NCBI GenBank assembly: GCA_964016885.1
Contig: OZ024753.1
Coordinates: 42,594,001-42,658,000 of the forward strand
Reading direction: 5' to 3'
DNA from: Eledone cirrhosa
Taxonomy: Eukaryota
DNA: 64,000 nucleotides
Positions 40,386-53,877 of this stretch are shown piece after piece (position 1 is the first letter of the stretch; the number at the start of each line of letters is the position of its first letter). A program made the position numbers and the translations under genes. The notes under the pieces were generated by a model, which did no database searches, was not told where the DNA came from, and saw only the letters and a program-made list of their open reading frames with translations.

Positions 40386-40453
40386 CCCCTCCTTTCCTCT
40401 CCAGGAAGAAATCGACTGTGTTCACACCAGGCTTAAATACCCAAGATACAGCT

Positions 40454-40510
40454 CCTATATGACATCATCGGTAGTTCAGGGTCCCTGAACTACCGATGAT
40501 GTCATATAGG
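40454..40510. repeat. Perfect inverted repeat, 28-bp arms with a 1-nt centre
   Basis: CCTATATGACATCATCGGTAGTTCAGGG-T-CCCTGAACTACCGATGATGTCATATAGG. Confidence 0.95.
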
Positions 40511-40929
40511 GTCCCTGAACTAGATGGAGGTTAAAAGGCATGATATTCTCTACTAAGATAAAATTGATGTCATTTTTACTTGATGGTGTTAAAATAATAA
40601 TAATGAAATTATTGTGTACAGTGCTCAGGTGCACGACAACTCATCAAAGGTGCATGTATAGTACATAGAACAATGTACAAATGTTTTCAAAGTTTCTTTT
40701 GCTCTCCTGGGATATTTGCTTTTATAATAGAAACTTCCAAGTCAGGGACACCTTTTCTACAGAAGAACATATGTATATTGGGTTTGTGTATTGATTTCAT
40801 ATTTATTGATAGGGTGAGAATATTGGAATTGGTTCTTTCATAGATAGCTTGAGAGGTAAACATTTCAAAGGGAAAATATTTTAGATATTTGAAATCAAAA
40901 GGTCACAGCATGCGTCTGTTTGTGTGCAT

Positions 40930-40964
<35 letters not shown>

Positions 40965-40973
40965 CACAGGCAG

Positions 40974-41022
<49 letters not shown>

Positions 41023-42111
41023 CTTATATATATATATATATATGTATACATATATGAGTGAATATGTGACACCATGTGTGTGTGTGTGTGAATAGTTGAA
41101 AAAATATTTATATTTTATTTAAAAAAAAAAAAGAAAAAGGAATAATATTACATTAAAATTTCCCTCTGTAGAATAAGGCAATCACTACTTTTAGATATAA
41201 TCAATTTAAAATAAGAATGGTTAAAATAACGCTAGACATTTCTAGTTAATTGCCAATTTAAGCACGGAGTTCGTTCTTTGCAGTAGGAAATGTGCAAACA
41301 TTGACAAACGAATGCCGAAAAAATATTTCTATAATTTACAAACTGTTCAAATACTTGTGCTTTTAATTTTTTTGAAATTTATTTTTTTTTACATTATTGA
41401 GTGCATATGTTTGTTATCTTTCCAATGTTTGTTCAGAAAGATCTCAAAACTTAGCAATCTTTTCTTGTAGTTTAGAATTTTTTGATTTTGAAAACTTTAG
41501 AAATATAACGAAACATTTTGGTGATATATTTTACTGCTTTTACAGCTTGGAAGAGCCATTTTAGCTAGTCAAAAACACAAAAATTCTTATTTCTATTTGA
41601 TATTTATCATCTATTTATTTTCTTTTGCTAAGACATTTTCATCTCACTGCTTGTGACCTGGTCACTAACACAGTTCCACTGTAATTTGTTTCTTTTTCAT
41701 TGGTTTAAAGTAAGTTACAATTTGACATATTTTTTGTTTTACAAAACAGTTTTGTTTTCATTCAGAAAAATGTTTATAAGACAAAGTCAAAAATCTTGGA
41801 AGCATGTTTTTTCAACACTTTCGTGGCCATATTTCTAATGAAAAACACCATATCATGAACACACTCCAAACTAAACCCCTATATTTCCTGATGTCTAAAA
41901 CACCCCTATATCTAGGACACACCCCAAACCTAACTCTTATATTTCCTCATACCTATGATACTTCAATGTAATTGGCACCCACCCAATTTTAGTTGATACA
42001 TTTAAAAAAATATATACAGATGCTTGACAGGAGTAACCTTTGGTCGCTAAGACACAGGGTAAATGTTTCAGACTTCTTTTTGGAGAGAAGATGACAGTGT
42101 CTTCCACACTG

Positions 42112-42382
42112 GTAGTGGATTGGCAATATCGGTAGAGGGTTGAACGCCATGCTTTGTAGCATGGAGTTACGGCCCTTTACGATCTGAGTTCAAATCAAGC
42201 CGAGGTTAACTTTGCCTTTCATCCTTACGGGGTCGATAAAATAAAGTACCAGTAATGCACTGGGATAATTGCTGGCCTTGTGCCAAAAGTAGAAACAATT
42301 ATTAAGATGATACCGGGGTCGGTTTAATAGATTTGTTCCTCCCTTCAAAATTGTTGTCCTTGTGCCTAAATCAGAAACCATC
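42112..42382 (+). mobile_element. SINE family A, young copy (42112-42303) followed by the 3' tail of an older copy
   Basis: Full head, body and tail, then a second GGGGTCGG...CTTGTGCCTAAATCAGAAACC tail. Confidence 0.9.
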
Positions 42383-42499
42383 AATTAAATATTCTGTAGC
42401 AGGGTCAAACTGACAGCTGTAGTGGGGTGGGGGAGATCAAAGTGTCAGAGGTGTCTCCGAATTACTCGAAAAACTAGGGACTTAGCTGTGGATGAATAC

Positions 42500-42900
42500 A
42501 GCACTGAGACTTAGAGAAGGTTTATGGCAGGCTGGAATGTAATGGGTTAAAATATTAGATGATAACGACACATAATTGTCAGTGACACTAGAAACTATTG
42601 TCAAATCACTGTCAATAGTTTGGTTAATGAGAGTATGTTTGTTGATTGTGTTAACAACCAACGTATTTTCCAGATTTAAATGAATTCTTATCATTCAATT
42701 GATTTCATTAAAGCTAATCTATTGGTTTGTGAGGCGAGTCATTCTTCTGACCTAGCAACCAATGTAAATAGACATGTCAGATTTTTGATATATTCAAAAT
42801 ACATCGTCATCGACGCAAATACAGCATTGAAGCATTAGATTTCTTGATAATAATATCGATCTAAGCACATCATCAACTTCATTGATCAGACAGAGAATTT
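42500..42900 (+). pseudogene. Possible highly decayed Helitron/Pif1 helicase fragment
   Basis: A frameshifted reading gives VF(P)DLNE ... YWFVRRVIL, resembling the VFPDL...WLCERAIL region of Helitron helicases. Weak, by-eye match. Confidence 0.25.
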
Positions 42901-43137
42901 ATTAGTTCTTTTAAACGATCAACTGATTGACCATGAATGTAATCAATGAAGGTACTTAGAGGTTCTCGTGTAAAATGAAGCCCATTCACATAAATATCGC
43001 TTTCTTACGAAATTCAGTTTTTATAGGAAGTAGAATCGATAAATGTAAATTCGACCCCTGTGAGATTTCAACTTCGAACCTGAAGGTGGAATATAAATAC
43101 TGTAACACAGATTCAGCTCAAAACTCTCTATTTTACG

Positions 43138-43500
43138 CAGACAGTTAGAGCTGTACACTACTATTTCACAGTCAGTTAGAGCTGTACACTACTATTTCAC
43201 ACAGACAGTTAGAGCTGTACACTACTATTTCACACAGACAGTTAGAGCTGTACACTACTATTTCACACAGACAGTTAGAGCTGTACACTACTATTTCACA
43301 GTCAGTTAGAGCTGTACACTACTATTTCACACAGACAGTTAGAGCTGTACACTACTATTTCACACAGTCAGTTAGAGCTGTACACTACTATTTCACACAG
43401 ATAGTTAGAGCTGTACACTACTATTTCACACAGACAGTTAGAGCTGTAAAATACTATTTCACACAGACAGTTAGAGCTGTACACTACTATTTTACACACA
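43138..43500. repeat. 33-bp tandem repeat (CAGACAGTTAGAGCTGTACACTACTATTTCACA), about 11 copies
   Basis: Seen directly. Confidence 0.95.
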
Positions 43501-43555
43501 CCATACAGACAGTTATTTTACACATATCAGACAGATTCAGCTAAAATTTATTATT

Positions 43556-46500
43556 CTCACATATCAGACCAACAGTTAGAGCTCTGCACTACTATTTCAC
43601 ACATATCAGACCGACAGTTAGAGCTCTGCACTACTATTTCACACATATCAGACCAACAGTTAGAGCTCTGCACTACTATTTCACACATATCAGACCGACA
43701 GTTAGAGCTCTGCACTACTATTTCACACATATCAGACCAACAGTTAGAGCTCTGCACTACTATTTCACACATATCAGACCGACAGTTAGAGCTCTGCACT
43801 ACTATTTCACACATATCAGACCGACAGTTAGAGCTCTGCACTACTATTTCACACATATTAGACCAACAGTTAGAGCTCTGCACTACTATTTCACACATAT
43901 TAGACTGACAGTTAGAGCTCTGCACTACTATTTCACACATATTAGACTGACAGTTAGAGCTCTGCACTACTATTTCACACATATTAGACCAACAGTTAGA
44001 GCTCTGCACTACTATTTCACACATATTAGACCAACAGTTAGAGCTCTGCACTACTATTTCACACATATTAGACCAACAGTTAGAGCTCTGCACTACTATT
44101 TCACACATATTAGACCAACAGTTAGAGCTCTGCACTACTATTTCACACATATTAGACTGACAGTTAGAGCTCTGCACTACTATTTCACACATATTAGACC
44201 AACAGTTAGAGCTCTGCACTACTATTTCACACATATCAGACCAACAGTTAGAGCTCTGCACTACTATTTCACACATATTAGACTGACAGTTAGAGCTCTG
44301 CACTACTATTTCACACATATTAGACCAACAGTTAGAGCTCTGCACTACTATTTCACACATATTAGACTGACAGTTAGAGCTCTGCACTACTATTTCACAC
44401 ATATTAGACCAACAGTTAGAGCTCTGCACTACTATTTCACACATATCAGACCAACAGTTAGAGCTCTGCACTACTATTTCACACATATCAGACCAACAGT
44501 TAGAGCTCTGCACTACTATTTCACACATATCAGACCAACAGTTAGAGCTCTGCACTACTATTTCACACATATCAGACCAACAGTTAGAGCTCTGCACTAC
44601 TATTTTACACATATCAGACCAACAGTTAGAGCTCTGCACTACTATTTCACACATATCAGACCAACAGTTAGAGCTCTGCACTACTATTTCACACATATTA
44701 GACTGACAGTTAGAGCTCTGCACTACTATTTCACACATATCAGACCAACAGTTAGAGCTCTGCACTACTATTTCACACATATTAGACTGACAGTTAGAGC
44801 TCTGCACTACTATTTCACACATATCAGACCAACAGTTAGAGCTCTGCACTACTATTTCACACATATTAGACTGACAGTTAGAGCTCTGCACTACTATTTC
44901 ACACATATTAGACCAACAGTTAGAGCTCTGCACTACTATTTCACACATATCAGACCAACAGTTAGAGCTCTGCACTACTATTTCACACATATTAGACCAA
45001 CAGTTAGAGCTCTGCACTACTATTTCACACATATTAGACCAACAGTTAGAGCTCTGCACTACTATTTCACACATATTAGACTGACAGTTAGAGCTCTGCA
45101 CTACTATTTCACACATATTAGACTGACAGTTAGAGCTCTGCACTACTATTTCACACATATTAGACCAACAGTTAGAGCTCTGCACTACTATTTCACACAT
45201 ATTAGACTGACAGTTAGAGCTCTGCACTACTATTTCACACATATTAGACTGACAGTTAGAGCTCTGCACTACTATTTCACACATATTAGACCAACAGTTA
45301 GAGCTCTGCACTACTATTTCACACATATTAGACTGACAGTTAGAGCTCTGCACTACTATTTCACACATATTAGACTGACAGTTAGAGCTCTGCACTACTA
45401 TTTCACACATATTAGACTGACAGTTAGAGCTCTGCACTACTATTTCACACATATTAGACCAACAGTTAGAGCTCTGCACTACTATTTCACACATATTAGA
45501 CCAACAGTTAGAGCTCTGCACTACTATTTCACACATATTAGACTGACAGTTAGAGCTCTGCACTACTATTTCACACATATTAGACCAACAGTTAGAGCTC
45601 TGCACTACTATTTCACACATATCAGACCAACAGTTAGAGCTCTGCACTACTATTTCACACATATTAGACTGACAGTTAGAGCTCTGCACTACTATTTCAC
45701 ACATATTAGACCAACAGTTAGAGCTCTGCACTACTATTTCACACATATTAGACTGACAGTTAGAGCTCTGCACTACTATTTCACACATATTAGACCAACA
45801 GTTAGAGCTCTGCACTACTATTTCACACATATCAGACCAACAGTTAGAGCTCTGCACTACTATTTCACACATATCAGACCAACAGTTAGAGCTCTGCACT
45901 ACTATTTCACACATATCAGACCAACAGTTAGAGCTCTGCACTACTATTTCACACATATCAGACCAACAGTTAGAGCTCTGCACTACTATTTCACACATAT
46001 CAGACCAACAGTTAGAGCTCTGCACTACTATTTCACACATATCAGACCAACAGTTAGAGCTCTGCACTACTATTTCACACATATTAGACTGACAGTTAGA
46101 GCTCTGCACTACTATTTCACACATATCAGACCAACAGTTAGAGCTCTGCACTACTATTTCACACATATTAGACTGACAGTTAGAGCTCTGCACTACTATT
46201 TCACACATATCAGACCAACAGTTAGAGCTCTGCACTACTATTTCACACATATTAGACTGACAGTTAGAGCTCTGCACTACTATTTCACACATATTAGACC
46301 AACAGTTAGAGCTCTGCACTACTATTTCACACATATCAGACCAACAGTTAGAGCTCTGCACTACTATTTCACACATATTAGACCAACAGTTAGAGCTCTG
46401 CACTACTATTTCACACATATTAGACCAACAGTTAGAGCTCTGCACTACTATTTCACACATATTAGACTGACAGTTAGAGCTCTGCACTACTATTTCACAC

Positions 46501-47270
46501 ATATTAGACTGACAGTTAGAGCTCTGCACTACTATTTCACACATATTAGACCAACAGTTAGAGCTCTGCACTACTATTTCACACATATTAGACTGACAGT
46601 TAGAGCTCTGCACTACTATTTCACACATATTAGACTGACAGTTAGAGCTCTGCACTACTATTTCACACATATTAGACCAACAGTTAGAGCTCTGCACTAC
46701 TATTTCACACATATTAGACTGACAGTTAGAGCTCTGCACTACTATTTCACACATATTAGACTGACAGTTAGAGCTCTGCACTACTATTTCACACATATTA
46801 GACCAACAGTTAGAGCTCTGCACTACTATTTCACACATATTAGACCAACAGTTAGAGCTCTGCACTACTATTTCACACATATTAGACCAACAGTTAGAGC
46901 TCTGCACTACTATTTCACACATATTAGACTGACAGTTAGAGCTCTGCACTACTATTTCACACATATTAGACCAACAGTTAGAGCTCTGCACTACTATTTC
47001 ACACATATCAGACCAACAGTTAGAGCTCTGCACTACTATTTCACACATATCAGACCAACAGTTAGAGCTCTGCACTACTATTTCACACATATTAGACCAA
47101 CAGTTAGAGCTCTGCACTACTATTTCACACATATTAGACCAACAGTTAGAGCTCTGCACTACTATTTCACACATATTAGACCAACAGTTAGAGCTCTGCA
47201 CTACTATTTCACACATATTAGACTGACAGTTAGAGCTCTGCACTACTATTTCACACATATCAGACCGACA
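43556..47270. repeat. 42-bp minisatellite, 88 copies, with a 33-unit (1386-bp) higher-order duplication
   Basis: 14-aa period in the 1233-aa ORF. The variant order of units 12-43 recurs at units 45-76. Confidence 0.98.
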
Positions 47271-47351
47271 GAATCAGCTCACAGCTATCTACTATTTCAT
47301 GCATATCAAACAAACAAATTCAGCTCAAAGCTCTCTATTCCACACAGATAT

Positions 47352-47495
47352 CAAACTACTATTCCACACCAAACTACTATTCCACACCAAACTACTATTC
47401 CTAACCAAACTACTATTCCACACCAAACTACTATTCCTAACCAAACTACTATTCCACACCAAACTACTAGTCCACACCAAACTACTATTCCACAC
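47352..47495. repeat. 18-bp tandem repeat (AAACTACTATTCCACACC)
   Basis: Seen directly. Shares ACTACTATT with the 42-bp unit. Confidence 0.9.
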
Positions 47496-47861
47496 AGATA
47501 TCAAACAATCTTCAATGCAATATTTTACATTTTATCTTTAAAATTCCATCTTTTAGAATTGTCAATCTTGATTTGTATCTCTTTTCATTTGCATATTTTA
47601 TGGATTTTGATCACATCTGCCTGACAAAGTTTCTATTAAATAAACTTTGTAATTCTATACTCAGTGTAATTAGTTAAGCCCTCTAAATTGTAGTAATTGA
47701 TTAATTAGGTGATTATAGAATGGAGAAAACAGACACAATCAGGGTCGGTGCTACCATTAAGGCCGACTAGTCAGTCATCTAGGGCGCACACCACAGAGAT
47801 GTGCATTAGTGAACCGTACAGAATTACAGCTTTAAAACAAATTTAGTTTCAATACAATCTC

Positions 47862-49062
47862 GGATCAAGTCACTTACCAGACCTGTACAACCCACAACCT
47901 CAGATCACGTCACTTACCAGACCTGTACAACCCACAACCTCAGATCAAGTCACTTACCAGACCTGTACAACCCACAACCTCAGATCAAGTCACTTACCAG
48001 ACATGTAAAACACAACCTCAGATCAAGTCACTTAGCAGACATGTAAAACACAACCTCAGATCAAGTCACTTACCAGACCTGTACAACCCACAACCTCAGA
48101 TCAAGTCACTTAGCAGACATGTAAAACACAACCTCAGATCAAGTCACTTACCAGACCTGTACAACCCACAACCTCAGATCAAGTCACTTACCAGACCTGT
48201 ACAACCCACAACCTCAGATCAAGTCACTTACCAGACCTGTACAACCCACAACCTCAGATCAAGTCACTTACCAGACCTGTACAACCCACAACCTCAGATC
48301 AAGTCACTTAGCAGACATGTACAACCCACAACCTCAGATCAAGTTACCTACCAGACCTGTACAACCCACAACCTCAGATCAAGTCACTTAGCAGACCTGT
48401 ACAACCCACAACCTCAGATCAAGTCACTTACCAGACCTGTACAACCCACAACCTCAGATCAAGTCACTTAGCAGACCTGTACAACCCACAACCTCAGATC
48501 AAGTCACTTAGCAGACCTGTACAACCCACAACCTCAGATCAAGTCACTTACCAGACCTGTACAACCCACAACCTCAGATCAAGTCACTTAGCAGACCTGT
48601 ACAACCCACAACCTCAGATCAAGTCACTTAGCAGACCTGTACAACCCACAACCTCAGATCAAGTCACTTAGCAGACCTGTACAACCCACAACCTCAGATC
48701 AAGTCACTTAGCAGACCTGTACAACCCACAACCTCAGATCAAGTCACTTACCAGACCTGTACAACCCACAACCTCAGATCAAGTCACTTAGCAGACCTGT
48801 ACAACCCACAACCTCAGATCAAGTCACTTAGCAGACCTGTACAACCCACAACCTCAGATCAAGTCACTTACCAGACCTGTACAACCCACAACCTCAGATC
48901 AAGTCACTTAGCAGACATGTACAACCCACAACCTCAGATCAAGTCACTTACCAGACATGTACAACCCACAACCTCAGATCAAGTCACTTACCAGACCTGT
49001 ACAACCCCTAACCTCAGATCAAGTCACTTACCAGACCTGTACAACCCCTAACCTCAGATCAA
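47862..49062. repeat. 40-bp minisatellite (CAGATCAAGTCACTTACCAGACCTGTACAACCCACAACCT), about 30 copies
   Basis: Seen directly. Confidence 0.97.
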
Positions 49063-49260
49063 ATCAACAGAGAAGTACAACTGTAGTTAAATTGTGTCTT
49101 CCATGTTGGAATTATTTTATGTTGATTATCAATATTATAGTATTGAAACATTTATTGAAAAATGTTTACATTTAGGTTTAACTGTAACCAATAAGACTAA
49201 ACAAATATACACAGTTTACTGCTCTTGTAACATATATACACAAGTGTGCATATACATGTC

Positions 49261-49351
<91 letters not shown>

Positions 49352-49418
49352 GACGTAAAATAAGAAAATATTTTTTTAAAAAAAATTTAAAAAAAATTTT
49401 TTTCTTACTTAAATTTTC

Positions 49419-49500
49419 ACTCCAACTAATTAGTTTCTGCAATGGGATAAAGACAGTTATGTAATCCAACTGTCGAGAATTCATTGCGTCATCAGGAAGT
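49419..49500 (-). ncRNA. Type I hammerhead ribozyme, extended stem II (copy 1)
   Basis: Minus strand ACTTC-CTGATGA-C-GCAATG..GACAGTT..AACTGTC..CATTGC-A-GAAAC-TAATTA-GTT-GGAGT: stem I ACTTC/GGAGT, palindromic AACTAATTAGTT, GUU triplet. Confidence 0.78.
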
Positions 49501-49976
49501 CTATTCTCAGTTAAGTCTCCAGGCAATGCGCGGACACTGGCGGCTCATATAAAAATAATAATAATTCGGTAGATCGAACAGCTTGCGAGGACTGGATTCT
49601 ATGTACCGAAATTCTCACTGCTTCAAGTCAAATGGCCGATTCTAAAGAATCAATCACGTGACACAGAGGCTAGTTAGAAGGAATGGGATGGTAAGATGAC
49701 TGACGCCTACTAACACCCCAAAAAAAATTTTTTTAGAAGTGGTTTTGACAAGTTTGCTCGACAAATCAGTGATTTGGAGATAAATATAGATAATTTAATA
49801 TATCAACTAACATAAGCGCACAGATGCACGCCCATGCCAGCAAATACACAGGTTATGTCATAGTACCTAGGTGGTTCAATGCAGGAGAATGCAGAACAAT
49901 AATATAAAGGACGTAAAATAAGAAAATATTTTTTTAAAAAAAATTTTAAAAAAATTTTTTTCTTACTTAAATTTTC

Positions 49977-50058
49977 ACTCCAACTAATTAGTTTCTGCAA
50001 TGGGATAAAGACAGTTATGTAATCCAACTGTCGAGAATTCATTGCGTCATCAGGAAGT
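49977..50058 (-). ncRNA. Type I hammerhead ribozyme (copy 2)
   Basis: Identical to copy 1. Confidence 0.78.
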
Positions 50059-50534
50059 CTATTCTCAGTTAAGTCTCCAGGCAATGCGCGGACACTGGCG
50101 GCTCATATAAAAATAATAATAATTCGGTAGATCGAACAGCTTGCGAGGACTGGATTCTATGTACCGAAATTCTCACTGCTTCAAGTCAAATGGCCGATTC
50201 TAAAGAATCAATCACGTGACACAGAGGCTAGTTAGAAGGAATGGGATGGTAAGATGACTGACGCCTACTAACACCCCAAAAAAATTTTTTTTAGAAGTGG
50301 TTTTGACAAGTTTGCTCGACAAATCAGTGATTTGGAGATAAATATAGATAATTTAATATATCAACTAACATAAGCGCACAGATGCACGCCCATGCCAGCA
50401 AATACACAGGTTATGTCATAGTACCTAGGTGGTTCAATGCAGGAGAATGCAGAACAATAATATAAAGGACGTAAAATAAGAAAATATTTTTTTAAAAAAA
50501 ATTTAAAAAAAATTTTTTTCTTACTTAAATTTTC

Positions 50535-50616
50535 ACTCCAACTAATTAGTTTCTGCAATGGGATAAAGACAGTTATGTAATCCAACTGTCGAGAATTCAT
50601 TGCGTCATCAGGAAGT
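50535..50616 (-). ncRNA. Type I hammerhead ribozyme (copy 3)
   Basis: Identical to copy 1. Confidence 0.78.
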
Positions 50617-51093
50617 CTATTCTCAGTTAAGTCTCCAGGCAATGCGCGGACACTGGCGGCTCATATAAAAATAATAATAATTCGGTAGATCGAACAGCTT
50701 GCGAGGACTGGATTCTATGTACCGAAATTCTCACTGCTTCAAGTCAAATGGCCGATTCTAAAGAATCAATCACGTGACACAGAGGCTAGTTAGAAGGAAT
50801 GGGATGGTAAGATGACTGACGCCTACTAACACCCCAAAAAAAAATTTTTTTAGAAGTGGTTTTGACAAGTTTGCTCGACAAATCAGTGATTTGGAGATAA
50901 ATATAGATAATTTAATATATCAACTAACATAAGCGCACAGATGCACGCCCATGCCAGCAAATACACAGGTTATGTCATAGTACCTAGGTGGTTCAATGCA
51001 GGAGAATGCAGAACAATAATATAAAGGACGTAAAATAAGAAAATATTTTTTTTAAAAAAATTAAAAAAAAATTTTTTTCTTACTTAAATTTTC

Positions 51094-51175
51094 ACTCCAA
51101 CTAATTAGTTTCTGCAATGGGATAAAGACAGTTATGTAATCCAACTGTCGAGAATTCATTGCGTCATCAGGAAGT
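51094..51175 (-). ncRNA. Type I hammerhead ribozyme (copy 4)
   Basis: Identical to copy 1. Confidence 0.78.
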
Positions 51176-51597
51176 CTATTCTCAGTTAAGTCTCCAGGCA
51201 ATGCGCGGACACTGGCGGCTCATATAAAAATAATAATAATTCGGTAGATCGAACAGCTTGCGAGGACTGGATTCTATGTACCGAAATTCTCACTGCTTCA
51301 AGTCAAATGGCCGATTCTAAAGAATCAATCACGTGACACAGAGGCTAGTTAGAAGGAATGGGATGGTAAGATGACTGACGCCTACTAACACCCCAAAAAA
51401 AAATTTTTTTAGAAGTGGTTTTGACAAGTTTGCTCGACAAATCAGTGATTTGGAGATAAATATAGATAATTTAATATATCAACTAACATAAGCGCACAGA
51501 TGCACGCCCATGCCAGCAAATACACAGGTTATGTCATAGTACCTAGGTGGTTCAATGCAGGAGAATGCAGAACAATAATATAAAGGACGTAAAATAA

Positions 51598-51681
<84 letters not shown>

Positions 51682-51838
51682 TATATATATACACACATAT
51701 ATATATATACATATATATATACACATATATATACATATATATATATACATATATATATACACATATATATACATATATATATACACATATATATATATAC
51801 ATATATATATATACATATATATATACACATATATATAC

Positions 51839-51893
<55 letters not shown>

Positions 51894-51949
51894 TATACAT
51901 ATATATATATAGATAGATAGATAAATATACACGGGTGTGTATGATTGTG

Positions 51950-51987
<38 letters not shown>

Positions 51988-51995
51988 TATATATA
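51598..51995. repeat. (TA)n/(TACA) microsatellite
   Basis: Seen directly. Confidence 0.95.
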
Positions 51996-52040
51996 GAATA
52001 AGGAAAAGCGAAGTAGTTTCAGATGTTCAAGTCCTTTAAT

Positions 52041-52227
52041 AATAATTGTTTCTACTTTAGGCACAAGGCCAGCAATTATCCCAGTGCATTACTGGTACTT
52101 TATTTTATCGACCCCGTAAGGATGAAAGGCAAAGTCAACCTCGGTGGGATTTGAACTCAGATCGTAAAGGGACGTAACTCTATGCTGGAAAGTATGGTGT
52201 CCGACCCTCTACCGATACTGCCAATCA
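52041..52227 (-). mobile_element. SINE family A, young internally deleted subfamily
   Basis: Near-identical to the 27661 copy. AATAATAAT occurs on both sides as a possible TSD. Confidence 0.92.
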
Positions 52228-52539
52228 ATAATAATGCTGTGATATATATTTCAGTGACAACACTGGCCACACTGTTCTGTGTGCGAGTGTCGTGACATCA
52301 TCAGACAGCTTGTTACATAATAAGGTTATGTTTCCGAGGCAATCCAAATTGGATCGACAAGGGAACGGATGAATTGCGTGTTTTGGGGTTTTTCATCCGC
52401 TCCCTTGTGCTCTGCCGTCGGGGTCATACTTGTTCCTATCTCTCTCTCTATATATATATACATGTATATATATAGTGGTCTCATAAGACATGGATTTGTT
52501 TATATATCACCGTTAAATGAACACACACTATGTATATAT

Positions 52540-52914
52540 ATATTATACATACACACATATATATATACACATGTATATATATATACATACTCACACTTAG
52601 AGAAAGAAACGAGTTACTTTGAATGTAATTAACACCCATGCACACACGCACACATCCATGCACATAAATACACACACGCACACACACATCCATACACATA
52701 AATACACACACACATCCATGCACATAAATACACACACACACACACATAAATATATACACACACACACGTCCATGCACACACACACACATGCACATAAACA
52801 CACACAAACACACTTACCCTCATTCACACACTCCCACGCACACCAACACAGTCATGCATGAACAAAACAAATGACTTATGAATGCAATTAATACACACAC
52901 ACACACAAACACAG

Positions 52915-52965
<51 letters not shown>

Positions 52966-53183
52966 GACACAGACACAGACGCACACACACAGACACACAC
53001 ACACAGTATAGGTCTTCTTCCACCATCTCTTTCTTTTTCTCTCTCTCTTTCATAGTCCCCCCCCCACTCTCTCAACACTGTTTTATTCTTATCCAGCAGG
53101 CAGTTATCCCTTCCTTTACACACACACACACACACACATATATATACATAAATACATACATATATATACATTTATATACATAA

Positions 53184-53224
<41 letters not shown>

Positions 53225-53261
53225 TACATATAAACATATATACATATATACATAAATACAT

Positions 53262-53329
<68 letters not shown>

Positions 53330-53395
53330 GAAAAGTATAGAAATTATTGTAGCAAGAAGCCAATATATATATGTATATATATATATATATATAGT
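52540..53395. repeat. (CA)n/(TA)n microsatellite mosaic
   Basis: Seen directly. Confidence 0.9.
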
Positions 53396-53877
53396 ATTAG
53401 TTATACTATTTATGGTTATGTAAACACAAAACCTTAAGCAGTTGTAAGTATTTTACACACACCCTAAATAGTGGTAGGCAGTAATGTATTACTACCTTAT
53501 TACCAGTAAGTTAAGTAGCTCAATGTAAAAACATCAGATGTTGTACTTCATGTTGTACTTTAACCTATATCTTTGATTTTTGATTGTACCTATTAATATA
53601 AATGTAATCTCGAAGTGTGTACTGCCACTCTAAATTCTGTAATGAATGTTGACCCACAATGTTTGAATATGTATCAATGTTTGAATATGTGTTGGTATGT
53701 CTCTCGGCTGAAAAGGAGGTCATATAACTGTCCATGCATTAATAAATTGCTCCGAAGAATCCAAACCTCGGTTTGGAGGAAACAGCTGTAAGCACAATAA
53801 TGTTTTGAACAGTTCTTTGATTCTTATATTTCATATATATATATATATATATATAGATATATATATATATATATATA

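Larger units (their letters stand above)
49345..51597 (-). mobile_element. Retrozyme-like element: 4 tandem 558-bp units plus about 20 bp terminal redundancy, inserted in (TA)n
   Basis: Period 558-559, copies differing only in A/T runs, both ends TATAAAGGACGTAAAATAA, and one HHR per unit. Confidence 0.8.

Noticed and set aside
40490-40522. CCGATGA as a hammerhead core variant
   Set aside because: No GAAA box or stem III follows on either strand.
43557-47258. 1233-aa Cys-rich repeat ORF (MCEIVVQSSNCWSN)n
   Set aside because: It coincides exactly with a 42-bp satellite whose monomer lacks a stop in one frame. There is no unique N- or C-terminus or signal peptide, and the variants are non-synonymous.
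49803-50642. 93-aa ORF in the 558-bp unit
   Set aside because: Non-ATG start, runs through the ribozyme and A/T homopolymers, and is frameshifted in the fourth unit.
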